Part shown: piece by piece, positions 37,715-49,374 of the stretch
Layout: each line of letters starts with the position of its first letter
Position numbering within the stretch: position 1 is the first letter of the stretch
NCBI RefSeq assembly: GCF_030144855.1
Contig: NC_082717.1
Location: 5,270,001 to 5,334,000, forward strand
Length of the DNA stretch: 64,000 bases
Direction of reading: 5' to 3'
Origin: Hypanus sabinus
Taxonomy: Eukaryota
Notes under the pieces: model-generated
Databases searched by the model: none
Seen by the model: the letters and a program-made list of their open reading frames with translations, nothing else
What the model was told of the DNA's origin: nothing
Position numbers and translations under genes: made by a program

Positions 37715-38190
37715 ATGTTGGTTCTTCATTATCTCCTCAATCTTCTAACAACTGGTTGGGAAGCAACAATTGTGAACAAGAACAATTCTATCTCCCCCCC
37801 CCCCACCCTCCACAGATGTTGCTTGACCCATTGAGTTCCTCCCAGATCGTTTGTTACTCGACATTCCAGAATCTGCGGTCGTGTATCTCCAATGTAAATA
37901 ATTGGAGTCTGAATTCAATATCTGTTATAGAACTTCTATGTACCACTCAATTTTGTTAATGAATCTTCATTTCTTCCCTTAGCTTGACTGAGCACAAGAT
38001 TTTGTCAGTCCAACTGACCAGCCATGGTCTTTAGAAGATGCAGCACTCTCCTGCAAAATGTGACCATTCCATGTCTCGTCAACAGAATGAGGGACGGCTG
38101 AGAGCTACTCATTGTAACCAAATGCAATCACAGAATACTCAAGTACATTCACAGAGAACAGGAGCATAAACACTCCCTCTGTAATCTGTA
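37715..38190 (+). pseudogene. Possible leader exon + eroded V exon
   Basis: ATG leader MLVLHYLLNLLTT-G with phase-1 GT (37755); acceptor TTCATTTCTTCCCTTAG (37982); then DAALSCK, RQQNEGRL, ELLIV, TFTENRSINTPSVI in shifting frames; cut by CR1 at ~38195. Confidence 0.35.
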
Positions 38191-38194
38191 TAGG

Positions 38195-39420
38195 GCAGCA
38201 GTGAGGTCACGGACAATATACAGATTACAGGGGAGGAAGTGTTTGCTGTCTTGGCCAAGTTAGGGTGGACAGATCACCAGGGACCGACATGATGTACCCT
38301 CAGACCCTGCGGGAGGCAAATGCAGAAATTGCAGGGTCCCTAGCCGATGTATTTATATCATGCTTAGTTTCAGGTGAGGTACCTCTGTTAAAGAAAGGCC
38401 CTAAGAATAAACCAGGAAATCACTGGCTGGTGAGCCTCACATTAGTGGTGAGAAAGGTTGAACAAAAAATAGTACAGCACAGGAGAAGGACATTCAGCCC
38501 ACAATGTTGCACTGAACCAGCTAAAAGGCAAATCAAAAAGACCCAAACACTAAACCTTCCTGCCTACACAATGTCCATATCCCTCCATCTTCCTTACATC
38601 CATGTGCATATCCAAATATCTCTTAAAAGCCTCTAATGTATTTGCCTCTTACACCACATCAGGCAGTGCATTCCAGGTATCCACTACTCTGAGGAAATAA
38701 CTTACCGTCACATCCTCCTTGAACCCACCTCATCTCACCTTCAATGCATACCCTCTTTGATTAGGTATTTCAACCCTGGGAAACAGAAACTCCCAGTCTG
38801 CTGTGTGTATTGCCTTCTTGCATTTGACCTACCAAGGTGCAACTGCTCACATTTATCTGGTTTAAACTCCATCTGCCATTTCTCAGTCCATATCTGTAAC
38901 TGATCTATATTGCATTGCATTCTTTGCCAGACTTCCATTCTATCCACAACTCCACCAATCTTGGTAACATCTGCAAACTTACTATCCCATGCATCTACAT
39001 TTTCATCCCAGTCATTTATATACATCACAAATAGCAGAGATCCCAGCACAGATCCCTACAGAACACCACTAATTACAGACCTCCATCTTGAGTAAGTCCC
39101 TAACTGTAACCCTCTGTCTTGCATGCACAAGCTAGTTCTGAAAGCAAATGGTCAAAATGCTGCAGACCCCATGCACCTTAATTTTCTAGAGGGAATTTGT
39201 CAGATGCCTTACTAAAATCCATGTGGACAACATCCACTGCCCTACCCTCATCAATATCTTTTGTTGCCTGGTAGAAAAACTGAATCAAGTTGGTAAGGTG
39301 CAAACTGCATTGCACAAAGCCAAGTTGGCTCTCCCTATTCAGGCCATGGGCTTCCAAATACTCATATATCCTATCCCTAAGTATTTTCTCCAGCAATTTC
39401 CTGTTAATCCTGTTTGCCAA
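38195..39420. mobile_element. CR1 fragments in both orientations
   Basis: MDRSPGTDMMYPQTLRE (plus); GSLLFVMYINDWDENV...KFADVTKIGG (minus). Confidence 0.8.
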
Positions 39421-39432
39421 GGACTATTCATA

Positions 39433-42400
39433 TAGCCATATAACAACTACAGCATGGTAACAGGCCATCTCGGCCCTTCTAGAATGCTTACTGTCACCTA
39501 GTCCCACTGGCCCGCACTCAGCCCATAACTCTCCATTCATTTCCTGTCCATATATCTATCCAATTTTACTTTAAATGACAATACTGAACCACTAAACTTT
39601 TGCCCCCTGACTCTCAACTCACGTCCTCTTGTTCGAATCTCCCATACTCTCAATGGAAAAAGCCTATCCACGTCAACTCTATCTATCCCCCTCATAATTT
39701 TAAATACCTCTATCAAGTCTCCCCTCAACCTTCTACACTCCGAAGAATAAAGAACTAACTTGTTCAACCTTTCCCTGTAACTTAGGTGCTGAATCCCAGG
39801 TAACATTCTAGTAAATCTTCTCTATACTCTCTCTATTTTGTTGATATCTTTCCTATAATTCGGTGACCAGAACTGTACACAATACTCCAAATTTGGCCTT
39901 ACCAAGGCCTTGTACAATTTTAACATTACATCCCAACTCCTATACTCAATGCTTTGATTTATAAAGGCCAGCATACCAAAAGCTTTCTTCACCACCCTAC
40001 CCACATGAGATTCCACCTTCAGGGAACTATGCACCATTATTCCTAGATCTCTCTGTTCCACTGAATTCTTCAATGCCCTACCATTTACCATGTGTGTCCT
40101 ATTTGGATTGTGCCTACCAAAATATAGCACCTCACACTTGTCAGCATTAAACTCCATCTGCCATCATTCAGCCCACTCTTCTAACTGGCCTAAATCTCTC
40201 TGCAAGCATTGAAAACCCACTTCATTACCCACAACGCCAACTTCCTTAGTTGTGCATACTTACTAATCCAATTTACCACCCCATCATCCAGATCATTAAT
40301 GTAAATGAGAAATGACATTGGACCCAGTACAGATCCCTGAGGCGCACCACTAGTCACCGGCCTCCAACCTGACAAACAGTTATCTGTGGCATCTCCAATC
40401 TAGCCACTGTTGAATCCATTTTACTACTTCAATATTAATACATAACGATTGAACCTTCCTAACAAACCTTCTGTGCGGAATCTTGTCAAAGGCCTTACTG
40501 AAGTCCATATAGACAACATCCATTGCTTTACCCTAGTCAAGTTTCCTCATAACCTCTTCAAAAAATTCGATAAGATTTTTCAAACATGACCTTCCATACA
40601 CAAATCCATGCTGACTGTTCCTAATCAGACCTTGTCTATCCAGATAATTATATATACCATCTCTAAGAATACTTTCCAATAATTTACCCACCACTGATGT
40701 CAAACTGACAGGCCTATAATTGCTAGGTTTACTCTTAGAACCCTTTTCAAACAATGGAACCACATGAGCAATATGCCAATCCTCCAGCACCATCCCTGTT
40801 TCTAATGACATTTGAAATATTTCTGTCAGACCCCCTGCTATTTCTACACTAACAATGTCCTAGGGAAGATCCTGTCAGGACCCAGAGATTTATCCACTTT
40901 TATATTCCTTAAAAGCACCAGTACTTCCTCTTCTTTAATTGTCATAGTTTCTGTAACTTCCCTATTTGTTTCCCTTACCTTACACAAATCAATATCCTTC
41001 TCCTTGGTGAACACCAAAGAAAAGAAATTGTTCAAAATCTCTCCCATCTCCCTCGGCTCCACACATAGCTGTCCACTCTGATTCTCTAAGGGACCAATTT
41101 TATCCCTCACTATCCTTTTGCTATTAATAATACTCCAGAAACCCTTCAGATTTATTTTCACCTTACTTGCCAAAGCAACCTCATATCTTCTTTTAGCTTT
41201 TCTAATTTCTTTCTTAAGATTCTTCTTACATTCTTTATATTCCTCAAGCACCTCATTTACTCCATGCTCCCTATATTTATTGTAGATATCTCTATTTTTC
41301 CCAACCAAGTTTCCAATATCCCTTGAAAACCATGGCTTTCTCAAACTTTTAACCTTTCCTTTCAACCTAACAGGAACATAAAGATTCTGTATCACAAAAT
41401 TTCACCTTTAAATTACCACCCTCTCTCTATTACATCCTTCCCATAAAACAAACTGTCCCAATCCACTCCTTCTAAATCCTTTTGCATCTCCTCAAAGTTA
41501 GCCTTTCTCCAATCAAAAATCTCAACCCTAGGTCCAGTCCTATCCTTCTCCATAGTTATATTGAAACTAATTGCATTGTGATCACTGGACCCGAAGTCCT
41601 CCACATCACATACTTCTGTTACCTGACCTATTTCATTCCCTAACAGAAGATCCAACACTGCCCCTTCTCCAGTTGGTTCCTCTATGTAGTAATGCAAAAG
41701 CTATCCTGCACACATTTTACAAACTCCAAACCATCCATCCCTTTTACAGTATGGGCTTCCCAGTCTATGTGTGGAAAATTAAAATCTCCCACAATCACAA
41801 CCCTGTGCTTACTACAAATATCTGCTATCTCCTTGCAAATTTGCTCCTCCAATTCTTCCTCCCCATTAGGTGGTCTATAATACACCCCTATAAGAATTAC
41901 TACACCTTTCCCATTCCTCAATTCCACCCAATTATCCTCCCTAGACGAGCCCTCTAATCTATCCTGCCAGAGCACCGCTGTAATATTTTCTCTGACAAGC
42001 AATGCAACACCTCCCCCTCTTGTCCCTCCAATTCTATCACACCTGAAACAACGAAATCCAGGAATATTTAGTTGCCAATCACACCCGTCCTGCAACCATG
42101 TTTCACTAATAGCTACAACATCATATTTCCAGGTATCAATCCATGCTCTAAGCTCATCCACCTTTCTTACAATGCTCCTAGCATTAAAACAAATGCATTT
42201 CAGAAATTCTCCACCTCTTCCTTTCTGTTTACCACTAACAGTACAAAGAACTTTACTGTCTTCTTTTTCTTTCTTCTCCCATACATCTGTTCCTACACTC
42301 TGGTTCCCCTCCCGCCTCGTATCTAGTTTAAATCCACTGGAGCCTTTCTAGCAAACCTACCTGCAAGAATATTTGTCCCCCTCCAGTTCCGTTGTAAACT

Positions 42401-42960
42401 GTCCCGCCAGAACAGGTCCTACCTTCCCTGGAAAACTGCCCAATTATTTATAAATCTGAAGCCCTCCATCCTGCCCCATGGTGATCTGCACTACCTTACT
42501 ATTTCTAAACCCACCTGCATGTGGCACTGGTAGCAATCCTGAGACTGCTATCCTGGAGGTCCGGTCCTTTAACTTGGCACCTGGCTCTCTAAACTCACCT
42601 TTCAGAACCTCCTCACTCTTCCTACCCATGTCATTGGTCCCTACATGGACCACAACATCCGGCTGCTCAGCCTCCCTCTTGAGAATACTGAGAACTCGAT
42701 CCGAGATATCGAGGACCCTGGCACCAGGGAGGCAACAGACCATCTGGGATTATCGATCTCTTCCACAGAACTTCCCATTTGTCCCCCTAACTATCGAATC
42801 TCCTATCACTACAGCTGTCCTCATTTCCCTCCTTCCCTTCTGAGCTGAGGGTCCAGTCTCGGTGCCAGAATTGCAACCACTGCAACTTGTCCCTGGTAAG
42901 TCATCCCCACCAACAGTATCCAAAACGGTATACTTATTGTTGATGGGAATTCACATCCCC
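39433..42960 (-). mobile_element. Near full-length CR1 LINE (ORF1 SGNH-esterase end, APE, RT, 3' UTR), broken by stops and deletions
   Basis: MVCCLPGARVLDISDRV...VVVHVGTNDMG (ORF1); YDVVAISETWLQ...GVYYRPPN...IVGDFNFPHIDW (APE); SNYRPVSLTSVVGKLLE; [11 protein letters not shown]; [13 protein letters not shown]. Confidence 0.95.
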
Positions 42961-44029
42961 TCCTGGCTTTCCTAATTCCCTTCTGTAGTTCTTTTCTGGA
43001 TTCTTTATACTCCTCCTGTGCTTCCTTTGATCCTAACTTCCAAAGTTATACATACTTTTTCTTTTACTTCATGACTAACTACATCACTTCTCTGGACATC
43101 CAATGTTCTCTTATCTCTAAATCCCCATCCTTCCTTATAACAGGAGCATGCCTTTCCTGTACTCTGTGCAATTGTTCTTTAAACTCTCTCCACATGTCAG
43201 ATATGTTCCCAATTACTACTTTTTAGTTCCTGCTTAATGCAGTCATAACTTGCCCTACTCCAATCCTTACCCTTATCAATTACTATCCTAAAAGTTAAGG
43301 ATTTCTAGTCACTGTTCCCTAAGTCCTCATCCACTGTAAGGTCAATCACCTGACCAGGCTCATTACCCAACGTCATGTCCAGTACAGCTCCTCCTCTCAT
43401 TGGGCCATCCACATATTGATTTAAGAAAACTTCCAGAATACGGTTAACAAATTCTGCCCCATCAAAACCCATTGAATTAAGAAGGTCCCAGTTCTTATTA
43501 GTGACATTGAAATCTTCAAGAGAACCTTCTTATTATTGTTACACATTTCCTTAATCTGATTAGATTTTGGTTCCTCGATGTCCCAGTGGCTATTAGGGGT
43601 TTGTTGTATAATCCCATTGGTGTGATCACACACTTCCTGTTTCTGAGTTCCACCCAGATGGCCTCAGTGTCTGTCCCCTGAATATCTCGTCCCTGATTAG
43701 TAGTGAAACACACTCCCACCCTATTCTTTTACCTCCCACTCAATCATTTATGAAACTTTGAAAATCTAGTGCATTAAGCACCCACTGATGATGCTCTCTC
43801 AACCAAGTTTCAGTAATGGCTACAACATCATAGTTCCATGCTCCCGATTCTTACCCATCCTAGCATTAAAATGTAGTTGATTCAAATTATCTGACCCATC
43901 AAAACTGTTGTTTCGGTTTTACCTTTCAAGAGTTTCCCTGACATCTACCTTCCAGTCCAATCCTTCCCTTATTGAACATGTGATCCAGTTCCCAGTTCCC
44001 AGCAAAATTAGATATATGTGTATTTGGAT

Positions 44030-44780
44030 AGACAGGGACTGATTAGAGATCATCAACTTGGCTTTGTGTGTGGGGGGTTATGTCTAACCAGTCTTGTAGA
44101 GATATTTGATCAGGAAAGCTGATCAAGGCAAGGCAGTAGATGTTTTCTACAAGCTATTTGACAAGGTCCCGCATGGAAGGTTTATCAAGCACATTCGGTC
44201 GCTTGGCTTTCAAGGTGAGGTGGTAACCAGGATTAGACATTGGTTCTATGGAAGAAGACCAAGAGTGGTAGTAGATGGTTGCCTTTCTGACTGGGGGCCT
44301 GTGATTAGTGAAGTTCCACAGGGATTGGTGCTGGGCCCTTTGATGGTTTTCATCTCCATCAATGCTCTGGATGATAATGTGGCTAACTGGATCAGCATAT
44401 TTGAAGATGACACCAAGATTGGGGTCGTAGTTGACAGCGAGTAAGACTATTAGAGACGAGCAAGCTGGTAAACTTGCAGATGGAATTTAATAGAGACAAG
44501 TGTGAGGTTTTGCACCTTGGGAGGACCATCCAGGGTAGGTGTTGCACAGTGAACTGCAGGGTCACTCAGGAGTGCAGGAGATCAAAGGGATCTTGGAACA
44601 TGGGTCAATAATTCATGAGAAGTTGCAGCGCAGGTAAATAGTTTTGTAAAGAAAGATTTTGGCACATTCGTAAATTGAAGTACTGAGTGCAGGAGATGGG
44701 ATGTAATGTTGAAGATATATAAGATATTGGTGGGGCATAATTTGGAGTATTGTGTGTGGTTTTGGTCACCTACCTCACAG
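44030..44780 (+). mobile_element. CR1 RT fragment
   Basis: AVDVFYKLFDKVPHGRF...SEVPQGLVLGPL...IFEDDTKIG. Confidence 0.8.
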
Positions 44781-45339
44781 GTATATCTCTATCCACCATC
44801 AGTAGTGTCTACAGAAGTCACTGCCTCAAGAGCTAGCAGCCACCATCAAAGATCCTCACTTTCAGAGCCATGTGACCTTCTCACAGCAACCAGGAGTAGA
44901 GAAATAGTGAAAGACAGGAGTACAGTAGGTTACAGTCTCACCACCACCATGTTTATAAATAGTCACTTCCTCTAAGCCTTTCAGTTGTTGAACCATTAAC
45001 CACAACAGTTTAGCAATAACACTAACAGCAACAGCTTAGCAACTCTGGGCCCTCTTTAAACAAACATTATTTTGTGTTGATTTCTAATTGTGTTCCTTCT
45101 TGTAAAAGATGCATGTTTTATGCTTTCCTGTGAATGTTTGTGATATGAGAAAGGGTTCAAAATTTAATTTCATTATGTATGTATGTTTGCAGTATGCAGT
45201 TCTGAGACTCGTCTTCTCAAGAGAGCCTCAAAGCAAAAATAAACCATGGCGGTTAAAGGAAAACCTCAACTGCACTCACAAAAACACTGCCAATTGCCCC
45301 AAATTACATTCTGCAATGGCATCATTGCTGTTATAAACA

Positions 45340-46600
45340 TAGAAACATATAAAACCTACAGCACAATACATGCCCTTCAGCCCACAAAGCTGTGCCGAAC
45401 ATGTCCCTACCTTAGTATTAACTAGGCTTACATATAGCCCTCTATTTTACTATGCTCCATGTAATTATCTAAAAGTCTCTTAAAATACCCTATCATATCT
45501 GCCTCCACCACTATTGCTGACAGCCCATTCCACACACTCATCACTCTCTGAGGCAAAAACTTACCCCTGACATTTCCTCTCCTCAGCACCTTAAACCTGT
45601 GTCCTCTTGTGGCAACCATTGCAGCCCTGGGAAAAAGCCTCTGACTATCCACATAATCAATGCCTCTTATCATCTGATACACCTCTATCAGGTCATCCCT
45701 TATCTTCTGTCTCTCCAAGGAGAAAAGGCCGAGTTCACTCAAGCCATTCTCATAAGGTGAGCTCCCCAATCCAGGCAACATCCTTGTAAATCTCCTCTGC
45801 ACCCTTTCTATGGCTTCCACATCCTTCCTGTAGTGAGGCAACCAGAACTGAGCACAGTACTCCAAGTGGGGTCTGACCAGGGTCCCATATAGCTGCAACA
45901 CTACCTCTCGGCTCCTAATCTCAATTTCATATTTGATGAAGGTCAATACACTGTACATCTTCTTAACCACAGAGTCAACATGCGCAGCTACTTTGAGTGT
46001 CCTATGAACTATGGCTCCAACATCCATCTGATCCTCCACACTGCCAAGAGTCTTACCATTTCTGCTATATTCTGCCATCATATTTGACCTACCAAAATGA
46101 ATCACTTCACAATTATCTGGTTTGAACGCCATCTGCCATTTCTCAGCCCTGTTTTGCATTCTATCGATGTCCTGTTGTAAAGTCTGATGGCCTTCCACAC
46201 TAACCACAACACCTCCAACCTATCAACAAACTTACTAACCCATCCCCTCCACTTCCTCATCCAGGTCATTTAAAAAAATCATGAAGAGTAAGGGTCCCAG
46301 AACAGATCCCTGAGGCACTCCACTGGTCACTGACCACCCTGCAGAATATGACCCTTCTGCAACCACTCTTCGCCCTCAGTAGGCAAGCCAATTCTGGATC
46401 CACAAAACAATGTCCCCTTGGATCCCATGCCTCCTTACTTTCTCAATAAGCCTTGCATGGGGTACCTTATCAAATACCTTGCTGAAATCCATATACACTC
46501 CATCTTCTGCTCTTCCTTCATCAATGTGTTTAGTCACATCCTCAAAAAATTAAATCAAGCTTGTAAAGCACGATCTGCTTTTGACAAATTAACAATTAAG
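45340..46600 (-). mobile_element. CR1 RT 3' half and tail
   Basis: 259-aa ORF 45428-46207: LQQDIDRMQNRAEKWQMAF...RPHLEYCAQFWLPHYRKDVEAIERVQRRFTRMLPG. Confidence 0.9.
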
Positions 46601-46875
46601 TTTTTCTTTTCACCTGTGCACTCATGGACTTGATCATATGACAATAAACTCCACTTTGACTTTGAGAATGCACAAAAGGCATAGTGTTTTGGACATGCAG
46701 ATCTTCCTAGCAAAGGCATTGTGACAGAGTTAATGTAGCAAGAGGGAAAAAGACTGGGAGAGTGAAATAACTGCTTAAATCATTGGAGCACTGAGTCTCA
46801 GAGGACAGTGAGACTGATTGTGAAACAAACAGGGTAATATCACATCTCACATCAACTCCTGACTTCTCCCCTCAG

Positions 46876-47054
46876 ACATAACCGGAAGTCAGAAGGAAGA
46901 GATGTCGATTCTCTGAAAGGCAGTTAGGAAGTAATACTTCTACATTGTGAAGTATAGGTAGGAAAGAGAGCAGATTAGAGAAATTTTAAGGCTCAGGCAT
47001 CACTGGAGCAAGTGAGATTACTGTATCGTGGCTGGAACCCTGGAGGTGCTAATG
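46876..47054 (+). pseudogene. Possible eroded, joined V-J exon (kappa-like)
   Basis: Branch point and acceptor CTGACTTCTCCCCTCAG; one frame reads DITG...MSIL*KA...DYCIVAGTLEVL; perfect GTAAGT donor at 47055; only 179 nt with internal stops. Confidence 0.35.
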
Positions 47055-47529
47055 GTAAGTGATAGAGGACATGCCAAATTGGATCTGGTGTTGGATAGTC
47101 AGACATTCTGAAATGAGTAAGTTGCAGGAGTATTTACCAAGGAAATATTGTGCAGGAGAATGAAATTCATTTGGGGCATTCTGATATAACAAAAAGGTCT
47201 CTTAAAGAAAAATAAGTCCCCAGGACATGCTGGGATATAGCACAGGTTATTGAGGGAGGCAAGAGATAAAATTGTTGGGACATTAACCAAGATCTTTCTA
47301 TCCTCTGCAGCCACAGGTGAGGCCCTGGATGACTGGCAAGTTCCTAATGTAGTTCCTTTGTTCAAGAAGGAAACCAGGATAATTCTGCACAATGCTTTCT
47401 TTGCCACAACCTGTGTCCACAATTCCAGGAAGCTATTGACTTGGAATGGAAGGCATATGACATGCTTGCCATTATTAATCAAGGATCAGGAATTAATGTT
47501 GCAGCTTTATATAATTCTAGTGAGGCCGT

Positions 47530-48145
47530 ATGTGGAGTACCCATTCTTCATTTCTCTGTCTCCATCTCTGGAAACAGACCATCTACTGATATCTTTTATC
47601 AACCTACCGACTCTCACTGATATCTTGACTTTGCTTCCACCCACCGGGTATTGTAAAAATACGATTCTCTTCTCTCAGTTCCTCTGACTCCATTGGATCT
47701 GCTCAGGGTGAGATTTCTTATTGTAGATCATCTGAGATTTACTCCTTTTTTAAAGAATGATCCACCATCAATGCTCCCCTCTACAGCATCTCCTCTATTT
47801 CCTGCATATCTGTCATCACACCATTCTTCTGCTGCCATAACAGGGATAGAGTTCCTCTTGTCCTTACCTACCAGCTCACAAACCTCAGTATCCAGCTCAT
47901 CATTCCCAATAACTTCTACCATTTACAAAGGGATCCCACCTAAACAAATCTCTCCTTCTAAAAGCCCTCAAAATCACTGTTTTCGATAAGGATCATTCTC
48001 TATGTGAGTCTATTGTCCACTTGAACTTCTCCACTAATCTCCCTCCCTCGTGGCACTTATCACTGAAAACAAAGCAAGTGCCTCAACTGCTCCTACACCT
48101 CCTCCCTTGCCACCATTCAGGGCCCCAAACAGTCCTTCCAGACAG
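47530..48145 (+). mobile_element. Penelope-like element RT C-terminal fragment
   Basis: Degenerate FYQPTDSH..LDFASTHP...LFSQFL.L.WICS motif. Confidence 0.75.
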
Positions 48146-48199
48146 TTGTGGTTGCAGGCCCGGCTTCCCTGGCCAGCCTACGTCTCTCTGCTGCCATCA

Positions 48200-48420
48200 A
48201 CCTTTCTGCACCGTTATGGAGTGAGGAGAGCCACCCACCCTGATCCTGGGTGATATGTTCCCATCTTTGGGTTAATGCCAAAGGCTTTTAGTGATGTTTT
48301 CAGGGGGTCTTTGCAGTGTTTCCTTTGGCCTCCACAGGAACCCCTTCCTTTCTGTAATTCGTCATTACGCAATCTCTTAGGCAGTTGATGGTCTGGCATA
48401 TGAGCTACATGGCCTGCCAA
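48200..48420 (-). mobile_element. RTE (BovB-like) LINE C-terminal fragment
   Basis: LAGHVAHMPDHQLPKRL...GGQRKHCKDPLKTSLKAFGIN. Confidence 0.8.
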
Positions 48421-48421
48421 G

Positions 48422-49370
48422 TGTAACGGGGACGGCACCAGGATGGGGTAGCTACAGAGCAGACCGACTTTGGTAAGTACCTCAGGGTCAGGGATTCCTT
48501 CTTACGGCTGGGAATATAAGTGGCCCTGGGTTCGAGTGTGGGTGCTGGTTTGTCTTGTCAGTATCCTGTCCTTGCCTCTGTGGGATAAGCCAGGCTGTCT
48601 TTGCTGTAACCCGGAGGCTGGACTGTTCCCTTCCCTTCCCCTTCTTTGTGTAGCCCTTGTTTGTAGCCTTATCTGCTACCTTTCACCTGGAGCCTCACCT
48701 ATTCTCGTTGTCAAGTTCTACTGCTGGAGCGAGACCGGAGCCTTGCTGTGTCTAGGTAAGGAACCACCTTTCATTGTTTGGAAATGTCTCTTTGTGTATT
48801 TGCTTTCCCTAGGTAGGTCTGGCCGTTTGCCACTACCGAGTGTTGAGAACTGTCTCGTTGTGTTCAGCTTTCTGTGTATGAGTCCCGGCCCTACGCCCTG
48901 TTCCCAAGGAGGGGTCCTGGCTCTGTGTTCCATGTTCCTGTCTCCCAGGACCAAGGCTCTGTGTTCTGCATTCCTGTCTCCCAGGACCCAGTCTGAGCTT
49001 CATGTCCTCATCCAGCCCAGGAGTCCCGTGTCCAGCCCCCACATCTAGTCCTGTTGCCTTGCCGTGTCTTGTCCTCACCTAGGTCTGGAGTCTGAGCCTG
49101 AATCAAGACCCAGGTTGCGGTTCCCTGTCCAGTCTCTGGCTCAGAGTCCTTGTCCAGGTTCCAAGTTCCTAGTCCATGTCCCACTTTCCTAGTCTAGTCC
49201 TAGCCCAGGCCCGGTGCCCCAGTCTCGTCCAAGGCCTGTGTCTTGTCCAGTGTCATTTCTTCCCCATTCCCCTTGCTTTCTTGACATACCTAGTCCTGTT
49301 CCTCATACTTCAGTGTCTGTATCTTGCATTTGGGTCTGCTCTCAACACCCAACTTATGACACCAGCAAGT
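48422..49370. mobile_element. LTR-like repeat with internal short tandem duplications
   Basis: Begins TGTAACGGGG; GGCTCTGTGTT(CCATG/CTGCA)TTCCTGTCTCCCAGGACC duplicated at ~48919-48990; non-coding. Confidence 0.45.
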
Positions 49371-49374
49371 CATC

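Noticed and set aside
38195-38225. EVTAIY as the EDTAIYYC motif of the 37983 relic
   Set aside because: The sequence is the start of the adjacent CR1 (…CAGTGAGGTCACGGACAATATACAGATTACAG).
45428-46207. 259-aa ORF as a host gene
   Set aside because: CR1 ORF2 C-terminus (RPHLEYC..FW, ERVQRRFTRM).
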